From positions 1 through 24,290 of the IMG/VR virus record IMGVR_UViG_3300050158_000060: a stretch of DNA of 24,290 nucleotides. One strand, given 5' to 3'. Position 1 is the first letter of the stretch. The number at the start of each line of letters is the position of its first letter. The translations under genes and the position numbers were made by a program. A model generated the notes under the pieces. The model ran no database searches. It saw only the letters and a list, made by a program, of their open reading frames with translations, and was not told where the DNA came from. Below are positions 15,839 to 23,438 of this stretch, piece after piece. The stretch is from a virus. Lineage: Duplodnaviria > Caudoviricetes.

Positions 15839-17941
15839 ATGACCCTCGCACGCACCCTCTACTTTGACTGCGAGACGTTCAGCGAGTGCGACCTCAAGCT
15901 GCACGGCACGCACCGCTACGCCGAGCACCCAAGCACCGAGATCATGGTGGCTCAATGGGCGCTCGATGACGACGAGCCGAGCGTCGAAGACCTGAGCGAC
16001 GCCGGCAACGGACCCAACTTCATGCCCGCAGCGCTGCACCCCTTGCTGCTGGACCCCACCGTCGAGATCGTGGCCCATAACAGCGCGTTCGACCGCACGC
16101 TGATCCGCCACTGCTGGGGCGTCGACGTGCCGCCCGAGCGCTGGCGCGACACCATGGTCAAGGCTCTGGCCCACGGCCTGCCTGGCGCGCTGGGCAAGAT
16201 CGGCGCCGTGCTGGGCTTTGAAGAAGACCAAGCCAAAGACAAGCGCGGCACTGCGCTGATTCAGATTTTCTGCAAGCCCAGGCCCAAGGGCAACAAACTT
16301 CGAAGGGCTACCCGTGACACCCACCCGACTGAGTGGCAGGAGTTTTTGGAATACAGCCGTCAAGACATTACGGCGATGCGCGCAATTGATCGCGCGCTCC
16401 CAAGCTGGAACTACCGGCAAGGCCACGCCGAGATCACCCTCTGGCACCTCGATCAGCGGATCAATGACCGAGGGTTTGCAACAGATCTCGACCTGGCGCA
16501 CGCCGCCATCGCCGCTGCCAATGTCGAAAAGGCAAGGCTCAAAGCGGAAACGGTAGACGCCACCAACGGCCTGGTGTCAGGCCCGACCAAGCGCGACGAT
16601 CTGCTGCGCTTCATCCTGTTGGAGTACGGCGTCGACCTGCCCGACATGAAGGCCGACACGCTGCGCCGGCGCATGGAAGACCCCGAACTGCCTGACGGCG
16701 TCAAGCTGCTCATGTCTCTGCGCCTTGACGCCAACAAGACCAGCACCGCCAAGTACCAGACCCTGGTGCGCGCCACATCCAGCGACGGGCGCCTGCGCAA
16801 CGGCCTGCAGTTCGCCGGTGCGCTGCGCACCTCGCGCTGGGCCGGGCGCTTGTTCCAGCCGCACAACATGAGCCGCCCCTCGCGCGGCTTCGATGTGGAG
16901 ATGCAAGAGCTGGCGATCCACTCGCTCAAGGCCGGCACGGTAGAGATCATGGGCGGCGTCATGCAGCTGCTGGCCGACTGCGTGCGGGGGTGCATCGTGG
17001 CCCCGCCCGGCAAGAAGCTGGTGGTGGCCGACCTGGCCAACATCGAAGGGCGCAAGCTGGCATGGCTCGCCGGTGAAGACTGGAAGCTCCAAGCCTTCCG
17101 CGACTTCGACGAAGGCAACGGCCCCGACATGTACAAGCTGGCCTATGCACGCGCTTTCGGCATCGAGCCGTCGGCGGTCGACAGCGCCATGCGCCAGATT
17201 GGCAAAGTCATGGAGCTGGCCCTGGGCTACGAGGGTGGCGTGGCCGCCTTCTTGACGTTCGCCGCCGTCTACACCATGGATCTGGACAAGTTGGCCGACG
17301 CCGTGCACCGCACCGCGCCCAAGGACCAGCTAGCCCGTGCCTATGGCATGCACGAGTGGGCCACCAAGAAGAACAAGACCATGGGCCTGGCCCGCAACAT
17401 CTATGTGGCGTGCGAAGTGCTCAAGCACGCTTGGCGCGAAGCCCACCCCGCCACCACCCAGCTGTGGGAAGACGCCAAGCTGGGCGTCACCAAGGCCATC
17501 TTGCACCCCGGCACGACGTTCGATATCGGCCGGCACATCAAGGCCCGCGTCGATGGCGCCTGGCTGCGCGTGCGCCTGCCGTCAGGGCGCTACTGCTGCT
17601 ACCTGCAGCCCAAGGTCGACGGCAAAGGCCAGATCAGCTACATGGGCGTGAACCAGTACACGCGCCAGTGGTGCCGGATCAAGAGCTACGGGGGCAAGTT
17701 CGTGGAGAACTGGACCCAGGCGTCGAGCCGTGATGTGCTGGCGTCGAGCATGCAACCGGCAGAGGATGCGGGCTATCCCATCGTCCTGACAGTGCACGAC
17801 GAGCTGCTGACCGAGCCGGCCGACAGCCCCGAGTTCAGCGTCGGCGGCCTGGTGGCCATCATGTCCACTGTCCCGCCCTGGGCCAAGGGCTTACCTCTCG
17901 CTGCCGCGGGGCACGAGGGCTACAGATATGTGAAGGTGTGA
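15839..17941 (+). CDS. polA: Phage DNA polymerase, family A, with 3'-5' exonuclease
   Basis: 700 aa; Exo I FDCET, Exo II AHNSAFDR, Exo III YSRQD; motif A ADLANIEGR, motif B RQIGKVMELALGYEGG, motif C TVHDE. Confidence 0.95.
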   Translation: MTLARTLYFDCETFSECDLKLHGTHRYAEHPSTEIMVAQWALDDDEPSVEDLSDAGNGPNFMPAALHPLLLDPTVEIVAHNSAFDRTLIRHCWGVDVPPERWRDTMVKALAHGLPGALGKIGAVLGFEEDQAKDKRGTALIQIFCKPRPKGNKLRRATRDTHPTEWQEFLEYSRQDITAMRAIDRALPSWNYRQGHAEITLWHLDQRINDRGFATDLDLAHAAIAAANVEKARLKAETVDATNGLVSGPTKRDDLLRFILLEYGVDLPDMKADTLRRRMEDPELPDGVKLLMSLRLDANKTSTAKYQTLVRATSSDGRLRNGLQFAGALRTSRWAGRLFQPHNMSRPSRGFDVEMQELAIHSLKAGTVEIMGGVMQLLADCVRGCIVAPPGKKLVVADLANIEGRKLAWLAGEDWKLQAFRDFDEGNGPDMYKLAYARAFGIEPSAVDSAMRQIGKVMELALGYEGGVAAFLTFAAVYTMDLDKLADAVHRTAPKDQLARAYGMHEWATKKNKTMGLARNIYVACEVLKHAWREAHPATTQLWEDAKLGVTKAILHPGTTFDIGRHIKARVDGAWLRVRLPSGRYCCYLQPKVDGKGQISYMGVNQYTRQWCRIKSYGGKFVENWTQASSRDVLASSMQPAEDAGYPIVLTVHDELLTEPADSPEFSVGGLVAIMSTVPPWAKGLPLAAAGHEGYRYVKV

Positions 17942-17942
17942 C

Positions 17943-18287
17943 ATGCCCAAGTACGACAGCCTTTATCAGCGCTTGATCGCCAACACCGCCGAGCCCGAGA
18001 ACGCGCAAGCGTGCTGGGTGTGGACCGCACAGCGGGACCGGTGGGGTTACGGCCGCCTGAACATCTACGTGGCGGGCCTGGGCAAAACGGTCAAGGCCAT
18101 GGCCCACATCACGCTGTGGGAACTGCTGATGGGCCCCGTGCCGCCCGGCAAGCAGCTCGATCACCTGTGCCATAACGAGGCGTGCATTAACCCCGATCAC
18201 CTCGAACCGGTGACGCCAAGCGAGAACTGCAGGCGACGTGATGCACGAAAGTTCGTGAAAATTGTTGACCATTGCTTTATCAATTGA
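17943..18287 (+). CDS. HNH endonuclease
   Basis: 114 aa; CWVWT..GYG..AH..LDHLCHNEACINPDHLEPVTPSEN. Confidence 0.9.
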   Translation: MPKYDSLYQRLIANTAEPENAQACWVWTAQRDRWGYGRLNIYVAGLGKTVKAMAHITLWELLMGPVPPGKQLDHLCHNEACINPDHLEPVTPSENCRRRDARKFVKIVDHCFIN

Positions 18288-18293
18288 TATAGT
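18265..18293 (+). promoter_or_regulatory. Near-consensus promoter with overlapping operator
   Basis: TTGACC-17bp-TATAGT; operator TTTATCAATTGATATA at 18276-18291; half-site CTTTACCAAC at 18294-18303. Confidence 0.8.
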
Positions 18294-18320
18294 CTTTACC
18301 AACAACCACGGAGCCCCGCA

Positions 18321-18419
18321 ATGTTCGCCGTTAAGCTGCTGATCTGCTACCTCGCCGCCCTGGCGTTCATCTTCGCGCTATGCGCCGCCAACGGCAAGGA
18401 GTCGCGCGATGACGAGTGA
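18321..18419 (+). CDS. Small single-pass membrane protein (32 aa)
   Basis: MFAVKLLICYLAALAFIFALCAANGKESRDDE; GGAG RBS at 18310-18313; below the ORF-track cutoff. Confidence 0.65.
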   Translation: MFAVKLLICYLAALAFIFALCAANGKESRDDE

Positions 18420-18822
18420 ATGCCCGGCCAAAAAACTGGCCGCCCTCCCCACGCGTGAGGTCTATGTCGACGGCAAGCCGGTGCAGTTTGTGCGCCGCGA
18501 CGATGCGCTGAATGCGCTGAACGTGGCGCGGGCAAACGACCTGGCGGACGCCTACGTCGGCGCGCGGGAAGACCTTGCAGAATGGAAACGCCGCGCCCTG
18601 CGGGCGGAGGCTGAGCTGCGGCCGATGCCGGTGTTGACGGTCGCGTCCAGTGCGGCACAGCTTGCCGCCCCTGCACAGCCCGCGAGCGACAGAGTCCTGG
18701 CCGTGGCCAGGCGCACGCTGGATCAAGGCTTGTGCTTCGACAAAACGGCGCACATCACTTGCGCGACTGACGCGGAGATCTTGCGCTTTGCCGCCGAACT
18801 GCTGGGGGCGCCCCATGCGTGA
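18409..18822 (+). CDS. Hypothetical protein
   Basis: 137 aa with AAGGAG upstream; overlaps both neighbours. Confidence 0.7.
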   Translation: MTSECPAKKLAALPTREVYVDGKPVQFVRRDDALNALNVARANDLADAYVGAREDLAEWKRRALRAEAELRPMPVLTVASSAAQLAAPAQPASDRVLAVARRTLDQGLCFDKTAHITCATDAEILRFAAELLGAPHA

Positions 18823-19111
18823 ATCAACCATCGAAAAGCACCTCGTTAAGCGCGTCAAGGAACTGGGCGGCGAGGTGCGCAAAGTGCAATGGATCGGCCG
18901 CCGCGGTGCACCCGACCGACTGGTGATGCTGCCCTACAAGTGGCACGGCCCTGCCGCCTACTTCGTTGGCCGATGTTTCTGGGTCGAGCTCAAAGCCCCC
19001 GGCGTCAAGGCCGAGGGCTACCAGCTGCGCGAACACGCACGCATGCGGGCCCAGGGCCAGCTGGTCGTGGTCATCGATTCAATCGAAGGTGTCGAGGAGT
19101 TGCTGTCATGA
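18815..19111 (+). CDS. VRR-NUC domain nuclease
   Basis: MRESTIEKHL..GRRGAPDRLV..WVELKAPG..Q..EH; start trimmed to ATG 18815. Confidence 0.9.
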   Translation: MRESTIEKHLVKRVKELGGEVRKVQWIGRRGAPDRLVMLPYKWHGPAAYFVGRCFWVELKAPGVKAEGYQLREHARMRAQGQLVVVIDSIEGVEELLS

Positions 19112-19314
19112 AAGACCTGATGCAGGCCATCAAGGCCATACCCGTGCGCGAGGAGTTCATGAGCGGCCAGCGCACGAAGTACGTGCAGCTCGACGCCGTG
19201 CTTGCGCTGATCGAGCACGCCGCCCGCACCCCTGACAACGTCGACCAACTGGCCGGCGTGTGCACGCTGCCCGAGGCCGTGGCCACCTTGGTGGCGTTTG
19301 AGGTGGTGGCGTGA
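19108..19314 (+). CDS. Hypothetical protein (68 aa)
   Basis: ATGA overlap and GAGGAG RBS; MKDLMQAIKAIPVREEF... Confidence 0.65.
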   Translation: MKDLMQAIKAIPVREEFMSGQRTKYVQLDAVLALIEHAARTPDNVDQLAGVCTLPEAVATLVAFEVVA

Positions 19315-19598
19315 AGATCACGGTCCTGGCGCCACAACGCAAGAAGCCCAAGGTGGGTGACAGGCGAACGACCAAAAAGCACGGGCTGCAAATCCGCGTT
19401 GTCGAAACACACGGCGGCATGTGGGTGCGCAGCGGAAGCCGCTACCGATACGAGTGGCGCAAACCGGCCGACCTTGTTGGCACGCAGTGGGCCCACATGT
19501 TGACGGCCGAAGACCTGGCCGATATCGAGCGCATCCGCTTTGCTGCGGGGCACGCGCGTGACATGGAGGCCGCCATCTTGTTCGGTAACACGCCATGA
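19311..19598 (+). CDS. Hypothetical protein (95 aa)
   Basis: GTGA overlap, GAGGTGG upstream, basic N-terminus. Confidence 0.65.
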   Translation: MKITVLAPQRKKPKVGDRRTTKKHGLQIRVVETHGGMWVRSGSRYRYEWRKPADLVGTQWAHMLTAEDLADIERIRFAAGHARDMEAAILFGNTP

Positions 19599-19729
19599 GC
19601 CTCGACCAAAGAGCCCGGCTCTTGTACGAATCCAGCTACGTGCACTACGTCCCACCGTGGGGGCGCTTGACCGAAGCCGCGCGCGAGCAGTGGCGCATGC
19701 GCGTGTTGGAGACGTTTGAATGGGCGTGA
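19595..19729 (+). CDS. Small hypothetical protein (44 aa)
   Basis: MSLDQRARLLYESSYVHYVPPWGRLTEAAREQWRMRVLETFEWA; ATGA overlap; fills the gap to the helicase. Confidence 0.6.
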   Translation: MSLDQRARLLYESSYVHYVPPWGRLTEAAREQWRMRVLETFEWA

Positions 19730-21138
19730 TCCCCCGCGTCTATCGCCCCCGCCCCTATGCGCCCTTGGCAATGGACCACTTCGCCAATGTCGAGCGCTGC
19801 GCCCTGTTCGCCAAGCCGGGCATGGGCAAGACCACGATGGTGATGACATTTCTGGAGCGCCTGCATAACGTGTGGGGCGAGGACGCCCCCACCTTGGTGC
19901 TGGGCCCCAAGCGCGTGGCGCAACACGTTTGGCCCGACGAGGTGGGCAAGTGGCGGCACCTGACCGGCATGCGGGTGGTGCCCATCATTGGCACGGCCGA
20001 CGAGCGCGCCCGCGCGCTGCACGCCGACGCGCCGGTGTTCTCGATCAACTACGAGAATCTGGTGTGGCTGCGCGATCACTTCAAGCGCTCGCGCAAGGCC
20101 TGGCCCTTTCGCACTGTGGTGGCAGACGAGAGCACCGCGCTTAAGAACTTCCGCACCCAGCAAGGCGGCGTGCGCGCCCGAGCCCTGGCCGAGTTCGCGC
20201 ACAAGGACGTGACCCGGTGGATCAACCTGACGGGCACACCGGCGCCCAACGGCTTGATAGACCTATGGGGTCAGACGTGGTTTTTGGACGCGGGCCAAAG
20301 CCTGGGCCGCACGTTCAGCAGTTTTCAAGACCGTTATTTCGCGTGGAAGACGGCCGCCGACGCGATGGCCAAGGGCAAGAACGGCGTGCAGCAGATCATC
20401 CTGCAGCACAGTCAAGACCTGATCCACGAGAAGCTGGCCGGAATCTGCCTGACGCTCGACCCGAAGGACTGGTTTGACCTGGCCGACCCGGTGGTCAACA
20501 TCATCGAGGTGGATCTGCCTCGCCGCGCGCAGCTGCTTTACAAGGAGTTCGAACGCGAGCTATTCATGCAGATCGACGGCTTTGATGTCGAGGCCTTCAC
20601 CGCTGCGGCCAAGTCAATGAAGTGCCTGCAGCTGGCCAACGGCACGGTGTACGTGGACGAGGGCAAGAGCTTCACGCCCGTGCACGACGCCAAGCTCGAA
20701 GCCCTGGGCTCGCTGGTCGAGGAGATGGCCGGCGAGCCGGTGCTGGTGGCCTACCACTTCAAGCCCGACCTGGCCAGGCTCAAAGCCTACTTCCCCGAGG
20801 GGCTGGATCTGTCCACCGCCGACGGCATGGCCAAGGCCAAGGCCGGCCAGGGCCGCGTTTGGTTCGGTCACCCTCAGTCAATCGGCAAAGGGGTGGACGG
20901 TCTGCAGGAACACTGCTGCACCGTGGCGTTCTTCGCACACTGGTGGGATCTTGAGCTGCATGACCAATTCATTGAGCGCGTCGGGCCTATGCGCCAGATG
21001 CAATCTGGCAAGAACAAGGTGGTGCATTTGCACTACATCGTGGCGCGCGGAACCATCGACCAAGTGGTGGTGGCGCGACGTGACGGTAAGCGGGGGGTGC
21101 AAGACCTCTTGCTCGAATACATGAAAGGTAAAAAGTGA
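19720..21138 (+). CDS. SNF2-family (SF2) helicase
   Basis: 472 aa; Walker A PGMGKT, INYENL, Walker B VVADES, LTGTPAPNGLIDLWGQ, GKGVDGLQ, QFIERVGPMRQ. Confidence 0.92.
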   Translation: MGVIPRVYRPRPYAPLAMDHFANVERCALFAKPGMGKTTMVMTFLERLHNVWGEDAPTLVLGPKRVAQHVWPDEVGKWRHLTGMRVVPIIGTADERARALHADAPVFSINYENLVWLRDHFKRSRKAWPFRTVVADESTALKNFRTQQGGVRARALAEFAHKDVTRWINLTGTPAPNGLIDLWGQTWFLDAGQSLGRTFSSFQDRYFAWKTAADAMAKGKNGVQQIILQHSQDLIHEKLAGICLTLDPKDWFDLADPVVNIIEVDLPRRAQLLYKEFERELFMQIDGFDVEAFTAAAKSMKCLQLANGTVYVDEGKSFTPVHDAKLEALGSLVEEMAGEPVLVAYHFKPDLARLKAYFPEGLDLSTADGMAKAKAGQGRVWFGHPQSIGKGVDGLQEHCCTVAFFAHWWDLELHDQFIERVGPMRQMQSGKNKVVHLHYIVARGTIDQVVVARRDGKRGVQDLLLEYMKGKK

Positions 21139-21353
21139 GCCTCGTGACCCAGGCCTTTGTCTTCGAGCGCTATGGCCCGCGCCTGAGCATGGCCCAGCTG
21201 GCCGCCGTGCTCGACATCGAAAAGACCACGCTGGCCAACAAGATCAGCGCGAAGACCTGCCCGGTCAAGACCTACATGGATCAGGGCAAGCGCTGGGCCG
21301 ATTACCGGGACGTGGCCGCGCACTTCGACGTCATGCGCGCGCAGGCCGCGTGA
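21135..21353 (+). CDS. Excisionase-like winged-HTH protein (recombination directionality factor)
   Basis: 72 aa; ERYGPRLSMAQLAAVLDIEKTTLANKISAKTCPVKTY..GKRWADYRDVAAHFD; last gene before attP. Confidence 0.7.
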   Translation: MSLVTQAFVFERYGPRLSMAQLAAVLDIEKTTLANKISAKTCPVKTYMDQGKRWADYRDVAAHFDVMRAQAA

Positions 21354-21476
21354 TCACCAGCGCCGGCGGTCGAGGTACTTGGCCGCCAGCTTGATGCCGT
21401 CGACGATCCACGTCAGGCTCAGCACGTAGGCCACGGCCATGGCGGCTATCTCGACGGCGTGCCACACGTTTTTCAT
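21354..21476 (-). CDS. Small membrane peptide (40 aa)
   Basis: MKNVWHAVEIAAMAVAYVLSLTWIVDGIKLAAKYLDRRRW; AGGGG upstream; stop directly abuts the xis stop. Confidence 0.5.
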   Translation of the reverse strand: MKNVWHAVEIAAMAVAYVLSLTWIVDGIKLAAKYLDRRRW

Positions 21477-21535
21477 GCTGACCCCTGTTCGCCTACACGC
21501 CTGCGAGGTTTTGCCTACACCAGCGCCTACACGGT

Positions 21536-21581
21536 AAAAACCAAAAATGAAGGGGTTAGCTGTTTTCACTGCTAACCCCTT
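21536..21581 (-). terminator. Intrinsic terminator downstream of the tRNA fragment
   Basis: Perfect 11-bp stem AAGGGGTTAGC/GCTAACCCCTT (21550-21560 and 21571-21581) with T-runs on the minus strand. Confidence 0.8.
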
Positions 21582-21599
21582 GTTCCATAAGGAAAATTT

Positions 21600-21646
21600 T
21601 GGTGGGCCCCGACAGATTCGAACTGTCGACCAACGGATTAAGAGTC
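21600..21646 (-). mobile_element. attP: attP core: 3' half of tRNA-Lys(CTT), not a complete tRNA
   Basis: Minus strand GACTCTTAATCCGTTGGTCGACAGTTCGAATCTGTCGGGGCCCACCA gives an anticodon loop with CTT, a T-arm (GTTCGAAT) and a CCA end. No 5' half; lies between xis and int. Confidence 0.92.
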
Positions 21647-21696
21647 AGAAGCGGGTAAAGGCTGGATAAATTTTTTGATCGCACGATAATCCTACT

Positions 21697-21730
21697 TTCT
21701 AGTCATTCCCTCACGCTGCTATCATTCCCT
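21697..21730 (+). promoter_or_regulatory. Candidate int promoter overlapped by TCATTCCCT direct repeats
   Basis: TTCTAG-17bp-TATCAT with extended -10 TG; 9-mer repeats at 21703-21711 and 21722-21730. Confidence 0.5.
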
Positions 21731-21796
21731 TGCAGGTTTCTTTACCAAGCTGGGCCGCGCAAAGCGCCTACACCAGCGCCTACACGGGGATTCAGG

Positions 21797-23011
21797 ATGG
21801 CGACGCACTCAGAGAAGTTAACCGACAAAGCAGCGCGGGCGCTACCCCCACCCGAGCGGGGCTACACCATTTATTGGTGTCCCAAAACCCCAGGCTTTGG
21901 GCTTCGGGTGACGGCCGCCGGCGCGCGGGCCTGGGTGTCTGAGCGCCGCGTCGATGGCGAAACAGTGCGCCGCACACTGGGCAAGGCCTCTGGCGCCGCG
22001 GCGGTGCTGGCTGACACCGCGCGCCGGCTGCAGCTTGATGTGTCCAGCGAACTGCAGCGCGGCGTCGACAGGCTGGAGGACAAGCGCGAACGCGCGGCAT
22101 TGGACAAGGCCGAGGCCATGACGCTGGCCGTGGCCGTGGCCACGTACGTCAGCAAAAAGCGCCGGGCCAAGGATGGCCTGCCCCTCAAGCAGCGCACGAA
22201 AGACGACTATCTGGCCATGGTGTCCCCGCCGGGAGTGGCCAAGAACGGGGAGCCGACACAGGCGGGCACCCTCTTTCTACTGGCCGCGCGCCCCATCTTT
22301 CGGATAACGGCCGCCGAGATCACCCGACTGCACGCCGGCCTGGCGTGCCGAGGGGAGCGCCAACAGGCTTACGCCATGCAGGTGCTGCGCGCCGTGCTGC
22401 GCTACTTCGGGGCGAACGTCGACGACAACCCCCTGGCGCCCACCACAGCGGGCGCTGAGCGCATCCGCATCCCCGCCAGCAAGGGCAACCCCAGCCCCAT
22501 CCCCGCCGAGCGCCTGGGCGCCTGGTGGCGGGCTGCGTGCCAACTGCAGTCGGTCAGCGCCGATCAGCTGCGGTTCATGTTGCTGACCGGTGCGCGCCCC
22601 AGCGAGGCGGCGCAGCTGACGGTGTGCGAGGTCAAGGGCCGCCGCGTGCGGTTGGTCGACACCAAGAACCGGACCGACCACACCGTGGTGCTGGCTGACC
22701 AAGCGGCCGCGCTGGTGGGCTGGCATGCCGACGGCAAGAAGCCAGGCGAAACGGTGTTCGGTGTGGGCGACACGCGCGCTGCGCTGCGCAAGATCAACGC
22801 CGCCGCGGGGACGCCCAAGGTCACCCCACACAAGCTGCGCCACACGTTCGCGTCAATCGCCGAGGGGGTCACCACGGTCTACGTGCTCAAGCGCATGCTG
22901 AACCACAGCGACACCGGCGACGTGACGGGCGAGCACTATGTCAGCGTGTCCGACGTTAAGCTGCGCGCCGGGTGGCAGGCCGTGGCCGACTTCATCGAGG
23001 CAGCAAACTGA
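21797..23011 (+). CDS. int: Tyrosine integrase with N-terminal arm-binding domain
   Basis: 404 aa; PGFGLRVTAAGARAW arm domain; catalytic R (TGARPSE), K (DTKN), HKLRHT, LNH, HY. Confidence 0.95.
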   Translation: MATHSEKLTDKAARALPPPERGYTIYWCPKTPGFGLRVTAAGARAWVSERRVDGETVRRTLGKASGAAAVLADTARRLQLDVSSELQRGVDRLEDKRERAALDKAEAMTLAVAVATYVSKKRRAKDGLPLKQRTKDDYLAMVSPPGVAKNGEPTQAGTLFLLAARPIFRITAAEITRLHAGLACRGERQQAYAMQVLRAVLRYFGANVDDNPLAPTTAGAERIRIPASKGNPSPIPAERLGAWWRAACQLQSVSADQLRFMLLTGARPSEAAQLTVCEVKGRRVRLVDTKNRTDHTVVLADQAAALVGWHADGKKPGETVFGVGDTRAALRKINAAAGTPKVTPHKLRHTFASIAEGVTTVYVLKRMLNHSDTGDVTGEHYVSVSDVKLRAGWQAVADFIEAAN

Positions 23012-23438
23012 TCTCTGCCTCGCGCCGCAGCACCAGGCCGCGCAGCACGCGCCCACCGCCCCGGTTCCACTTGCGCAGCTCAGCCGGCACCAGATCCCAC
23101 TGGTCGGCGTTCACCCGCTTGCGCAGCGTGCTGGCTGACAAGGCGCCGGGGCCCAAGTTAAAACAGAAGTCGATGACGGCGGCCAGGCGCTGGGTGTCAC
23201 CGATGCCGGGGCACAGACGCAGCACGGCGGGCAGGTAGACGCGCTCGACCTGGCGCAGCAGCAAGCGCTCGGCGGTTTCGCGCGAGATAGGTGGGTCGGT
23301 CAGCTGCACGCGCCTGCCATCAAGGTAGTGCGTGGCGCCGTAGCCGATGGTGGGCACGCCGGCCGGGCACAGGTAGGGACGCAGATACAGTCCCTCGAAG
23401 CGCCGGGCCAATGCCGCAGCGACATCCACCACGTGCAT
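22992..23438 (-). CDS. Endolysin, GH24 (T4-like) lysozyme
   Basis: FEGLYLRPYLCPAGVPTIGYG (E-x8-C-x5-T triad), FCFNLGPG, STL, GLVLRREAE; start moved to ATG 23438 (TGATG overlap). Confidence 0.93.
   Translation of the reverse strand: MHVVDVAAALARRFEGLYLRPYLCPAGVPTIGYGATHYLDGRRVQLTDPPISRETAERLLLRQVERVYLPAVLRLCPGIGDTQRLAAVIDFCFNLGPGALSASTLRKRVNADQWDLVPAELRKWNRGGGRVLRGLVLRREAEISLLPR

Larger units (their letters stand above)
21513..21787 (+). repeat. Integrase arm-type direct repeats flanking the att core
   Basis: Identical 22-mer GCCTACACCAGCGCCTACACGG at 21513-21534 and 21766-21787, each with two GCCTACAC units; a fifth unit at 21491-21498. Confidence 0.85.

Noticed and set aside
14975-16501. 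508-aa minus-strand ORF and other long antisense ORFs (3692-4462, 6334-7284, 13561-14433)
   Set aside because: Antisense shadows of high-GC genes with clear motifs on the other strand; no recognisable domains.
21600-21646. Functional phage tRNA-Lys gene
   Set aside because: The D-arm and 5' acceptor strand are missing; it is the att core.
23345-23400. Cys in place of Asp in the lysozyme catalytic triad
   Set aside because: E-x8-C-x5-T is a known functional variant among GH24 endolysins.
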